A stretch of 64,000 nt of DNA from an uncultured Methanosarcinales archaeon (GTDB lineage: Archaea > Nanobdellota > Nanobdellia > Woesearchaeales > ARS49), in NCBI GenBank assembly GCA_964637115.1, contig CAZWVL010000001.1, positions 32,001 to 96,000 on the forward strand, in the 5' to 3' direction. Below, in pieces: positions 9,458 to 18,240 of this stretch. A model generated the notes under the pieces. The model made no database searches, was not told the DNA's origin, and saw nothing but the letters and a program-made list of their open reading frames with translations. Each line of letters starts with the position of its first letter. Position 1 is the first letter of the stretch. A program made the position numbers and the translations under genes.

Positions 9458-9574
9458 GCCGGCGACGGTAAATCAGGTTTACCAGCAGCTTGAGCAGCTG
9501 TGACCCGTAAGGGTTTCGGGGTTCAAATACTTTTCGGTTGCTGGTCCGAAAGGTTGACAATCCCCGCGCCGGCG
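9458..9574 (+). tRNA. non-canonical type II tRNA, anticodon GAG (nominally Leu), with 33-nt intron at 59/60
   Basis: Acceptor GCCGGCG(9458-64)/CGCCGGC(9567-73) plus G73; D-stem GGTAAA/TTTACC; anticodon stem GCAGC/GCTGT with loop TTGAGCA; V-arm GACCC-GTAA-GGGTT; T-stem CGGGG/CCCCG. Removing 9528-9560 restores T-loop TTCAAAT (84 nt mature, no encoded CCA). Confidence 0.75.
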
Positions 9575-9643
9575 CACATTTTAACACTGAAATAAAGCTT
9601 TGAATAAATGGGGGTTTGAACTGGAGGAAAGGGCGAGGTTTCC

Positions 9644-9657
9644 GAAAGATTTAAATA
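9644..9657 (+). promoter_or_regulatory. BRE-TATA promoter
   Basis: gaaagatttaaata, 25 nt before ATG 9683; identical 14-mer at 24434. Confidence 0.65.
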
Positions 9658-9660
9658 CTA

Positions 9661-9682
9661 ATTGTCACTATAAAGTGACAAT
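9661..9682. promoter_or_regulatory. palindromic operator candidate
   Basis: attgtcact-ataa-agtgacaat, perfect 9-bp inverted repeat between TATA box and start codon. Confidence 0.5.
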
Positions 9683-10828
9683 ATGGTGGTTTCACAAGGG
9701 TTGCTGGAACGTGTACAACAGCTAAAGCAGGAATATGGCATCGGCTCCAAACAGGCGTTTGAATATGTTTCTGCGATACAAAAATACGATGCTCTACTCA
9801 CCAAAGTGCAAACTTCTCAAATTAAACTTCAAACCTCTATGGACCAGCTCAATAGCTTGATGGGCATACGGAAACAGAAAAAAAACAGCACGCCGTCAGT
9901 CGACGAACTCATCAATGTCTGTGACACTTTCCGGCTCGTGTTCAGGGGCTTAGACGTGCGTGACGTGGCAGATTCGCCCAAAAAGGACTTCACGCACACA
10001 TTTGCGATCTTGCAATCCTGCTACAGCGGCACTCCTGCATATCACGTGCTAGACACGCCTGCGCTTGATTCTTTTCTTACGGAGCAAATGCATAAAGCGT
10101 GCGCGGCAGACCCTGCCCAGCGCAACAAACTCATCAACATCACAAAAAATCTGTATGAGCTCGTGGTTTACAACTATTTCATTGAAGAAAGACGTCAGCC
10201 GGTCACTGAAGAAAAACAACTCCGTGGTGTTGCTAAAGCAATCACTACGTCTTTTGACGTGAATCCACGTAGCCTGCATAGAAGGCTAAGAAATCTGGAT
10301 TCCCTGCGCGCCATTGACTCGCTTTCGCTGAAAGACACGCTATACGGAATGCACGGTCATCTGATCGAGCTTGAAGGCATTCCTGGGGACCGGCTTTCGT
10401 GCTACGCGCGCGGAGTACTTGAACAGACCTTGCACTCCGTTGATACCGAACGGCGCATTGCACTGCAGTATATCCGTTCCACGACAGACACTACGCTTCC
10501 GAAAGACGTGCGTATTTCTAATGCGCTTAAGGAACTTGGCAAGGAACTGCGCCTAAGTAGGGTGCCGACTTTTGACCTCATGGATGGTGATGCGTCTGAG
10601 CCTGACTTTGATGAAGGTGTTGCGTTTTGTGCGGGCCGCAAGAAAGCAGATGAACTAGAGAGTTTCAAGCCTGTGCCTGTCGTAAAACGCTCAGCCGAAA
10701 GCATTTATCCTCTTCTTCGTGGAACAGCCACACGCCAAGAAGCACGGGACTACCGCGCGAATGAAGCGACGTACACCACGCGCGCAATTCTTGAAAATGC
10801 AAACTGGTTAAAAAAAATACTCTCTTGA
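9683..10828 (+). CDS. hypothetical helical protein
   Basis: 381-aa ORF with own promoter; no recognised motif. Confidence 0.7.
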   Translation: MVVSQGLLERVQQLKQEYGIGSKQAFEYVSAIQKYDALLTKVQTSQIKLQTSMDQLNSLMGIRKQKKNSTPSVDELINVCDTFRLVFRGLDVRDVADSPKKDFTHTFAILQSCYSGTPAYHVLDTPALDSFLTEQMHKACAADPAQRNKLINITKNLYELVVYNYFIEERRQPVTEEKQLRGVAKAITTSFDVNPRSLHRRLRNLDSLRAIDSLSLKDTLYGMHGHLIELEGIPGDRLSCYARGVLEQTLHSVDTERRIALQYIRSTTDTTLPKDVRISNALKELGKELRLSRVPTFDLMDGDASEPDFDEGVAFCAGRKKADELESFKPVPVVKRSAESIYPLLRGTATRQEARDYRANEATYTTRAILENANWLKKILS

Positions 10829-10845
10829 GCTTGCCAATAGTAAAA

Positions 10846-13203
10846 CTATTTCTCGGTTAGTAATTTATCGTACAATGATTTTGAGACTCCCTTTTTGAGT
10901 TCTTTATCAAGTTGTTCCATGAATTGTTCCCGTTGAGAAGGCGGTGGAAGTCGCATCCGTAATTTAAATTCATCCTCATCCATCCTTCCAGCCTCATACT
11001 GCTTAGTTACCTCAGCAACATACTTGTCTTCTGCAATCCGATTTCTTTTCTTATCAACTTCACGTTTCACATCCTTATTTTTAAGAATGCTTTGTTCGCT
11101 GTCAAACGCGTCTTGTGCATTTGCTTTTGTGTATTCTGTCAAGTCCTTGTAAGTTTTTTCATCAAGTGGAATCTTTCTCAATATGGCATCATCAGGAGTT
11201 TCCAATATTTTTTCAATGCTCGTCATCATTTTTTTCCATTCAATTCCCGTCTCGGGTGTAATATCCTCTTCGCTTCCAGAAAAAATGTCAATTTCGTCCA
11301 GGACACACGCACGGCACACGCGCCTATATGCTTTAACACGCGCGTCGATATCGCGCACGCCCTGCATCGTACGCTGTTCTTTATACATATTATACTCTTT
11401 CGTTACTCGTGCGTGTTCCTTCTGCGTATCAACCTCGTACAAACGTTCCACTGCCAAGGCCAATGCTTTTTCTGCTTTAGCAAAATCTTTTTCCTTATAT
11501 GCTCCCATTGCTTCAACAATCTTCTCGTATGCGCTGGCTTTTTTGGCTGCATAATCATTCTTTGTTTCAAACTCTTTCACCAAAACATCCAGCTCGCGTC
11601 TCTTTTCCTCACTTTTCTTTTCTTGGCTGAAATCATCTTTCTTCCAATCCTCAGCCAATTTCAATGCTTTATTGTAACTTTCAAAGACGCTGCTGATAGT
11701 TTTCTGATGATTGGCCAATGTAGCAATGTCCACGCTGTTACGCGACATTTCAATAAGGCTCTTCTGCCTCAGAGTTTCGTATGACTTATTCGCTGCTGCT
11801 CTTATTGCATCTGCGGTAGACACGCTGGAATTTATCTCTGCAATATAATTTTCAACACGCACATTGCGTATACGTTCAGGCTCTTTGGCTTTATGCAATG
11901 ACGTGGCAAGCGCAACAAGTGCGCCAGAAACCGCTGCAGTTGCCAACCATTTCAGACCCTGCTTTCTCAACCTTCTTGTAGTAGGCACAATGAATGACGT
12001 TATTGGGCGTGCTTTAATGCGCCTGCCATCCATCCAGCGCTTCAAATCATCATAAAATGCATTTGCAGACTCATAACGCTTATCGGGATCCTTTGCAGTA
12101 GCCTTGTGAACAATTGCTGCCAGATTCCTGTCAACCTTTTTGTTAAGAAGACGGATGTTTGTTGGGATTCCATTAAGAATAGTTGCGGCACGTTCAGCAA
12201 AGCTTTGGCCTTGGAAGTTATGCACGTATTCCCCTGCCAACATATGATACAATGTTGCACCAATACCAAACACGTCAGTTCGTACATCAACAGGATCAGT
12301 GCCGCTTACTTGTTCAGGCGCCATGTAAGCAAGCGTGCCGACGGTCATTGTACTTTCCTGCTTCTTAATCAGCATTGCAAGACCATAATCAGCCAGCGTC
12401 GCCTTATCTTTATTCTTTTCTTTATCTTTATACATGATATTTCCTGGTTTGATGTCCCTGTGCAGAATTCCTTTATCATGTGCGATTTCAAGCTGCTCTG
12501 CAACTTGAATCACCGTGTTTACGAAATAATCTATGTCAGCTTGGTTGCAGATATACTCTATCTTAGGCTCCCCAGCCGGTACTTCTTCCTTTTTTACAAT
12601 CTTCGTGAGATTTCTCCAAATGCCTGAAGAGGTGGGCACTCCGAACTGCTTATCCATCCGATTTTTAGCTGAGCCGCCTTCAAGCAATTCCATTGCGATA
12701 AACATGTTTCCCTTCCATTCAGAAAAGTCATAAACTTGGAGTATGTTTCTTCCTTGAAGGTTCGCAAGTGAAGTTGCTTCAGTCTCAAATTGCTCAAGTT
12801 CTATAGGAGACGCATTGGTGTTCTTCAAAAACTTCAATGCCACCTGCCGTTTTAATTTAATATGCCGTGCACGGTAAATAATTCCGCTCGCTCCTTCTCC
12901 AATATAAGTTGTATTGGACTCCTTGTCCGGGTTTTCTTCAATTTGATACGCGTCAACCCTGTCGCCCACTTTCAATTTCTGCAAGTCAACCGGCGGATTA
13001 ATCTGTTCTGCAGCACCAACAACAAGCGTCTCCAAGGGCCCGGCACCTTGCGCTTCAGGCGTTGGTTTCGGTGGCTTGGGACCGATGGATGCGTCAAGCA
13101 ACGATTCATCTATATTTTTCAGGAAGTCTGGGAGGCTGCTTTCTTGACCTGCATTCTGGCCTTCTTCTTGAGGCCCGTCAGTCGAATCCTTATCATCCGG
13201 CAT
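10846..13203 (-). CDS. Hanks-type (PknB-like) membrane Ser/Thr protein kinase
   Basis: GEGASG, VALK, HRDIKPGN, DYGLA, GTLAYMAPEQ, DVFGIG; hydrophobic segment WLATAAVSGALVALA then long helical C-terminal region. Confidence 0.92.
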   Translation of the reverse strand: MPDDKDSTDGPQEEGQNAGQESSLPDFLKNIDESLLDASIGPKPPKPTPEAQGAGPLETLVVGAAEQINPPVDLQKLKVGDRVDAYQIEENPDKESNTTYIGEGASGIIYRARHIKLKRQVALKFLKNTNASPIELEQFETEATSLANLQGRNILQVYDFSEWKGNMFIAMELLEGGSAKNRMDKQFGVPTSSGIWRNLTKIVKKEEVPAGEPKIEYICNQADIDYFVNTVIQVAEQLEIAHDKGILHRDIKPGNIMYKDKEKNKDKATLADYGLAMLIKKQESTMTVGTLAYMAPEQVSGTDPVDVRTDVFGIGATLYHMLAGEYVHNFQGQSFAERAATILNGIPTNIRLLNKKVDRNLAAIVHKATAKDPDKRYESANAFYDDLKRWMDGRRIKARPITSFIVPTTRRLRKQGLKWLATAAVSGALVALATSLHKAKEPERIRNVRVENYIAEINSSVSTADAIRAAANKSYETLRQKSLIEMSRNSVDIATLANHQKTISSVFESYNKALKLAEDWKKDDFSQEKKSEEKRRELDVLVKEFETKNDYAAKKASAYEKIVEAMGAYKEKDFAKAEKALALAVERLYEVDTQKEHARVTKEYNMYKEQRTMQGVRDIDARVKAYRRVCRACVLDEIDIFSGSEEDITPETGIEWKKMMTSIEKILETPDDAILRKIPLDEKTYKDLTEYTKANAQDAFDSEQSILKNKDVKREVDKKRNRIAEDKYVAEVTKQYEAGRMDEDEFKLRMRLPPPSQREQFMEQLDKELKKGVSKSLYDKLLTEK

Positions 13204-13282
13204 ATTTACTTAAGAGCAGCTATCGTATAAAAAGGTTACTTAACAGAGCAGAAATACACCTACTCTTCAGTGGTTATAGTTC

Positions 13283-13296
13283 GGAAGCTTTATATA
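13283..13296 (+). promoter_or_regulatory. BRE-TATA promoter
   Basis: ggaagctttatata, 22 nt before ATG 13319. Confidence 0.55.
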
Positions 13297-13318
13297 ATGA
13301 GAGCATCTGAAAAAAAGC

Positions 13319-14113
13319 ATGATAAAGTATCTGAGACAGGCCTATTCAATAGCCAGACCATTGGTCATGACAGGAATTCTTGCAATAACCGGCTGTGCAG
13401 ATACAATAACAAGGACAGAATACGAAGCAGCGAGAAAAAAAGATGAAGAAACAGCACAAATGATCCGCGAACAGCTTACCGCTGCCGACAGCCGGTACGA
13501 AAAAGCATTAACTGACCTCAAAAAACTTGTCACAGAACGCACAAGCATACCTGAGCTCATGCCACTCGTTGGGAAAGCAAAGGCAGACATTCTTGAACAA
13601 CTTCAAAAAGACTACAACGATCTCACTGAAAAATTAAAGACAGAGGGAGAAAAGCTTGAACGCACCCGCAGAACAACAGTTTCTGACTTGGAACAACAAA
13701 AAAGATGGTTCGAGCAAACTGCAAAACCAGCGATCGGCAATCCTGAAAGTGCTGAAAAGCCAGCAGATGGCGTTTACAAAGACAGGATAAGAATAGACAA
13801 CCACGACACACGCCTTGCAAACCAAAAAAAAGCATTTCACGATCTCGAGCAGAATCTCGTCTACCATCGCACTGTCCAGGAATGGAGCTACTCCATATAT
13901 GTTGAATTCCGCAACAACATCGAACTAAGCGCAGAAGACCTCCAGAAAAAAATTGAAGCGTTAAACTCAGCAAAACCAGAAGAACGCGCAACAGCGCTGG
14001 AAACATTTGAACGGGATGTGGCGATTTTTGAAAAAAAGATTGAGAATCTATACCAGCAACAAAAGGAAAAGCGGAAAAAAGTGCCGCCAAGGCCTGGGGA
14101 AAAAAATGATTGA
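13319..14113 (+). CDS. putative coiled-coil lipoprotein
   Basis: Lipobox ILAITGC; heptad-rich E/K/Q/L sequence. Confidence 0.7.
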   Translation: MIKYLRQAYSIARPLVMTGILAITGCADTITRTEYEAARKKDEETAQMIREQLTAADSRYEKALTDLKKLVTERTSIPELMPLVGKAKADILEQLQKDYNDLTEKLKTEGEKLERTRRTTVSDLEQQKRWFEQTAKPAIGNPESAEKPADGVYKDRIRIDNHDTRLANQKKAFHDLEQNLVYHRTVQEWSYSIYVEFRNNIELSAEDLQKKIEALNSAKPEERATALETFERDVAIFEKKIENLYQQQKEKRKKVPPRPGEKND

Positions 14114-15515
14114 CAAAATATTACGCAGATTACTTTTCTTGGGCGCTCTCGCCACAGCAGGATGCGCAAGCACTGTCAAAGAAGAAGAATTTCTCGCATA
14201 CACGGCAAAATCTGAAATGACTGCAAAGTCACTAAGAGAAGATATAGCCACGGCGCAGAAAAAAACAATGGAAGTAAACGCGCGCTATGACATTCTGCTT
14301 AAAAGCATTGAAGACTTAAACGCGCGAATGTCAGTTTCTTCAATTGACAGTTACGCAGTAGGACTGGAAGAACAGGCAACAAAACAAGCGCGACAATATG
14401 CGCAATTAGTGCGTTCCATCGTAGCACTGCAAAAAAAAGGATGGGAGCTTGGTGACACAACGACTAAGGGAATTAACCAGTTACGTGCAGATTCAACATC
14501 AACTGATAACTCGCTCGACGCAAAAATCTTAGAGCTGAAAAAATTACATGAAGATGCCATAAAAGCATATGAAACGTTCAAAAAAGATGATTATGCAGAC
14601 TTCAAAGATCGAAACTTGCGAGAAACTTCAGCACAAAGGCAAAAAATAGAAACCTTTGAGACCGGCTTGAGAAATCTTTCACGTGTCATTGCGCTCCTGG
14701 AAAAACGCCCAGATCATCCAAAAGCATTGGAACAAGACGGAGAAGGGGCAACGGAATTTGCGTGCGCTGAACTGCACAGACAAATGTTGGGATTCAAGGC
14801 AGCTTCAATAGAACCAACAGCAGATTATGCAACACGCGAAGATATCTCACGCATACTGGTTACACCAGTGAACGCAGAACTTGTAGAACGCGTCCTTGGA
14901 AATATGGCTGTTGGCAATCTGGACCTTGACAGCAAAATAGAACTCTACTCAAAAGCCATAGATGTTTTATCCAATGATTATTCATATCGCGAACGACTTT
15001 ATGGCGTTGCTAATAATAGAAGTGCAATGCTGGCTGTACTAGACGAACTCATCATTCTAAAATTAAAATTACTCGTTGGCCAGGAAGAGTCCACTGTAAT
15101 GAATTATGTTAACGGTTATGCCAAATTTCCTTTCATAAGCAGGCAAAGAAACGACAACCGTGTTCTGCTGGACCTTTTCAGCGGTTTGGGAAGGAAAGGT
15201 GCGGACCTTGGAGAAGTGCTCCTCACCTTCAACGACGGAAAACTTGCCATAGTACAAACCGGGCCAGATGGAAGCTATGTAGCGCTGCTTCAATCGCCAC
15301 AAGAAACTTTCAGACAACAAGTTGTACTAACAAACAATAGTGAAACCGATGCGCACAACCAGCTATTATTCGAGCGTGACAAAAAGACATACATAAACGA
15401 AAAAGAAGAACTCAAGCGTTCTTATACTGATTTAGAACTGCAGCAGCAAACTGACATTCTCCGCAAAAAATACGAGCACTTGTTTGAACCTTTAAATAAA
15501 CAATTAAACAAATAG
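14106..15515 (+). CDS. putative coiled-coil lipoprotein
   Basis: Start reassigned to ATG 14106 (MIDKILRRLLFLGALATAGC, lipobox); overlaps upstream stop by 8 nt. Confidence 0.7.
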   Translation: MIDKILRRLLFLGALATAGCASTVKEEEFLAYTAKSEMTAKSLREDIATAQKKTMEVNARYDILLKSIEDLNARMSVSSIDSYAVGLEEQATKQARQYAQLVRSIVALQKKGWELGDTTTKGINQLRADSTSTDNSLDAKILELKKLHEDAIKAYETFKKDDYADFKDRNLRETSAQRQKIETFETGLRNLSRVIALLEKRPDHPKALEQDGEGATEFACAELHRQMLGFKAASIEPTADYATREDISRILVTPVNAELVERVLGNMAVGNLDLDSKIELYSKAIDVLSNDYSYRERLYGVANNRSAMLAVLDELIILKLKLLVGQEESTVMNYVNGYAKFPFISRQRNDNRVLLDLFSGLGRKGADLGEVLLTFNDGKLAIVQTGPDGSYVALLQSPQETFRQQVVLTNNSETDAHNQLLFERDKKTYINEKEELKRSYTDLELQQQTDILRKKYEHLFEPLNKQLNK

Positions 15516-15542
15516 GCGTTTGAAGGAGAAGGTTTGTTATTC

Positions 15543-16427
15543 TTATCGTTTTGCGAGATCAAAAAGACCTTTTGATACTCTTTCTAGTTCTTTCTTAATT
15601 AAAAGTTTATCGACCCAACGCTTCGGAATACCACTAAAGCCGTAATGAGCCCCCGCGATAGCACCTGCTATTGCACAGGTGGTGTCCGCATCCCCTCCTT
15701 GATTAACAACAGCTATCAGCGTATCTTCAAATGAAGTGCGAGTGAAAAGGCCGTATGATGCTGCTTGAATAGTATCTATGATGTAGCCAGATGGCCTAAA
15801 CATTGCAGATTTTTGATAGAGACAAGAAATCAATCTCCCATCAATGGAAAGCTCAGCGGCTTTTTGCTGAGCTTCGGGTAGGGAGGCACCTGCCAATAAT
15901 TGTGCAATTAGCTCATTTACCAACACGCAGGCAGACAAACACAAAGAGTTCGCATGTGTTATTGAAGAATCTTCCTTGCTATAATGCGCCCTTTTCTTCG
16001 CGTCCTTCCAATAAACAATCCCAATCGGGGCACAACGCATAGCACTTCCATTAGCAGCAGAAGGTGCAGGTACCCCGGAGGAGACTGGACTCACTCCTTG
16101 CTTTAATGCCTTCAAAGCTGTTCTTGTTGTAACCCCCATGTCCACTGGACCACTTTCCATCCACTCGACGTATTTCTTCGCAGCATCAAAAATATCATAT
16201 CCTGAACAAGCAATAAGTGAATTGGCAAGACACAATGCCATATCGGTATCATCACTTACCTCTCCAGGTTCAACAGAAAGCCAACCTCCACCAATTATTT
16301 CCTTATGAACACCGTGTTGTTTCCAAATCTCGTCAGGACTCATACGTTCAACAGTCAAACCTAAAGCATCGCCAACAGCAAGACCAAACATACACCCCAT
16401 TACCTGATCGAGAAGATCGTTCCCCAT
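15543..16427 (-). CDS. ADP-ribosylglycohydrolase (DraG/ARH family)
   Basis: GLAVGDALG, SDDTDMAL, NGSAMRCAPIG, GGDADTTCAIAGAIAGA. Confidence 0.92.
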   Translation of the reverse strand: MGNDLLDQVMGCMFGLAVGDALGLTVERMSPDEIWKQHGVHKEIIGGGWLSVEPGEVSDDTDMALCLANSLIACSGYDIFDAAKKYVEWMESGPVDMGVTTRTALKALKQGVSPVSSGVPAPSAANGSAMRCAPIGIVYWKDAKKRAHYSKEDSSITHANSLCLSACVLVNELIAQLLAGASLPEAQQKAAELSIDGRLISCLYQKSAMFRPSGYIIDTIQAASYGLFTRTSFEDTLIAVVNQGGDADTTCAIAGAIAGAHYGFSGIPKRWVDKLLIKKELERVSKGLFDLAKR

Positions 16428-16476
16428 ATGACATTAAGAGATCTTGTCATTTATAGGCCTTTCGCATCAATAACCA

Positions 16477-17139
16477 TCAGAAGCTTCTGCTTTTTTTGCG
16501 GTTAAATCCACTCACCAACTGTTTCAGCGCCTTCTCGGGATTCTTGGCGTTTGTAACGGCGTGGGCAACAAGAATGCCTTTTGCACCAAGCTTGATGGTT
16601 TTTGCGACGTCTTCGCGCGAGTGAACACCTGCGCCGCACAGAATAGGAATGTTTTTGATTTTATGCGTTGTGCGCGTTATTATCTCAGGTTTTGCTTCCG
16701 AAATCGAGATGTTTCCGCCAATCAACTCGGGAGGTTCAATCGCAATAATATCTGGCTTGAATTTTGCAACTTTAACAGCCATTGCAGGAGTGCTTGCGCA
16801 GACAACAGACAGCATTCCCAAAGAACGCAAGCGCTGAATTGTTGCCTTAATCTGCGCCAAAGGAATCTGGTGCTCAGAATGATTAATTAAACTGCCAATA
16901 GCTCCCATCTGCTGAACACTTTCAGGAAGAATCCAGCCAGTCTTTGCACCAAACTCGATAGCGTCAACGTGCTGGGCAAGAACTGGAATATTTGTACCGG
17001 CAACTGCAAGAATGTCGGCTGGTTGGACTGCAACAACAATATTAGCCTTCTTGGCAAGTTTTGCGCAAATTTTTGCTAATTTAATTGCATTCAATCCTGT
17101 AGAACTCTTATAAGCCTTGAAATTAATGATGGCGAGCAT
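16477..17139 (-). CDS. tpiA: triosephosphate isomerase, archaeal type
   Basis: INFKAY, LINHSEH, IAIEPPELIGG, LCGAGV, GILVA; 220 aa. Confidence 0.95.
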   Translation of the reverse strand: MLAIINFKAYKSSTGLNAIKLAKICAKLAKKANIVVAVQPADILAVAGTNIPVLAQHVDAIEFGAKTGWILPESVQQMGAIGSLINHSEHQIPLAQIKATIQRLRSLGMLSVVCASTPAMAVKVAKFKPDIIAIEPPELIGGNISISEAKPEIITRTTHKIKNIPILCGAGVHSREDVAKTIKLGAKGILVAHAVTNAKNPEKALKQLVSGFNRKKSRSF

Positions 17140-17450
17140 CAGCCAAGAATCGCTGTCAGCTTCTTTTTTAGCGTAGCTTCGTCCTGAAAGCCGACAACAC
17201 GGTCAACCTCTTCACCGTTTTTGTACACAATCAAACAAGGAATACCGAGCACGCCATTCTGTTGGGCAAGATTTGCGTTATCATCAACGTTCAGCTTTGC
17301 AAACTTCACATTCTTCATTTCATGTGACAATTTGTCAACAACAGGAGCAATCATCTTGCAGGGGCCGCACCAAGGAGCCCAGAAATCAACCACGACAGGC
17401 TTGTCGCTCTTCAAAACTTCCTGCTCAAAGTTTTGTTCGCTTACTTCCAT
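17139..17450 (-). CDS. trxA: thioredoxin
   Basis: DFWAPWCGPCK active site, cis-Pro GIP; ATG 17450 with ggggttg SD; TGATG coupling to tpiA. Confidence 0.95.
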   Translation of the reverse strand: MEVSEQNFEQEVLKSDKPVVVDFWAPWCGPCKMIAPVVDKLSHEMKNVKFAKLNVDDNANLAQQNGVLGIPCLIVYKNGEEVDRVVGFQDEATLKKKLTAILG

Positions 17451-18009
17451 TTTCAACCCCCATATGATGAGTTTCAACCTCTTTTGAAACAGGCAGCCTC
17501 TTTGTCGGCTTTATCAAATATTTTTTCGTGTCTTTATCCAAGTCAAGGAAGTCGTCTGCAACTTCAATAGATTTTGCACTTGCAGACTTGCCGAATGCAA
17601 CTACTTCAACACGGCAGCCCAATGCGCGCTTCAAGTGTTCGATAAGCGGTACGAAGTCGCCATCGCCGCTTACCAGTACAATCGTGTCAAGTCTGGGAGC
17701 AAGCTCGATGCAGTCCATTGCAATGCCAATGTCCCAGTCGCCCTTCTTTGCACCGCCGTAAAATATCTGCAAATCCTTAGCACGAATCTCAAAACCAATA
17801 TGGCCAAGAGCATCAAAGAACTTTTCTTTGCTAAGATCTTCAGTCTTGATAACATATGCCAAAGCGCGGACCAAAGTCCTGCCTTTAACTGCATCCTGCA
17901 AAATTGCCTTGAAATTAACGTGCGCATTGTAGACAAACCTTGCAGAATAATACAGGTTTTGCACGTCAACAAATACACCAACTCTTTGCGCATTATGTAT
18001 TTCACTCAT
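17425..18009 (-). CDS. NYN (LabA/DUF88) domain protein
   Basis: FVDVQNLY, KGDWDIGIAMD, LVSGDGDFVPL, VEVVAF, ADDFLDL. Confidence 0.9.
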   Translation of the reverse strand: MSEIHNAQRVGVFVDVQNLYYSARFVYNAHVNFKAILQDAVKGRTLVRALAYVIKTEDLSKEKFFDALGHIGFEIRAKDLQIFYGGAKKGDWDIGIAMDCIELAPRLDTIVLVSGDGDFVPLIEHLKRALGCRVEVVAFGKSASAKSIEVADDFLDLDKDTKKYLIKPTKRLPVSKEVETHHMGVENGSKRTKL

Positions 18010-18013
18010 AGTA

Positions 18014-18154
18014 TCACACTCTTAGTTTGGCTTCATAGCCGCAGGCGCTGCATATAATTCTATTTGTTTCAGGGTCAAACGACAGCGTCATCTTATAGCA
18101 TTTAGGGCAACGCTGCGAAACGCCAGTTGGCAGTACCTCTTTTGGGAAAGCCAT
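18014..18154 (-). CDS. 46-aa zinc-ribbon protein (not in ORF track)
   Basis: MAFPKEVLPTGVSQRCPKCYKMTLSFDPETNRIICSACGYEAKLRV; CxxC...CxxCG; stop 4 nt before NYN start. Confidence 0.75.
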   Translation of the reverse strand: MAFPKEVLPTGVSQRCPKCYKMTLSFDPETNRIICSACGYEAKLRV

Positions 18155-18240
18155 GTAACTGCAATTTATTCTGCGTTTAAAAAGGTTGCTAAATAGATTG
18201 TTGTTACTGTGTAGGGGTTATAGCAGATAGTTTTATAAAG

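Noticed and set aside
9458-9574. Calling the RNA tRNA-Sec, 5S rRNA, SRP RNA or a riboswitch
   Set aside because: The anticodon is GAG rather than UCA and the fold is 7/5 rather than archaeal 9/4; no 5S, SRP helix-8 or known aptamer motifs are present; the cloverleaf plus BHB intron accounts for all bases.
9315-9587. 90-aa minus-strand ORF in the track
   Set aside because: It is antisense to the tRNA and its promoter, with no protein-like features.
9560-15540. Integrated element using the tRNA as attachment site
   Set aside because: No integrase gene and no repeat of the tRNA 3' end was seen in the window.
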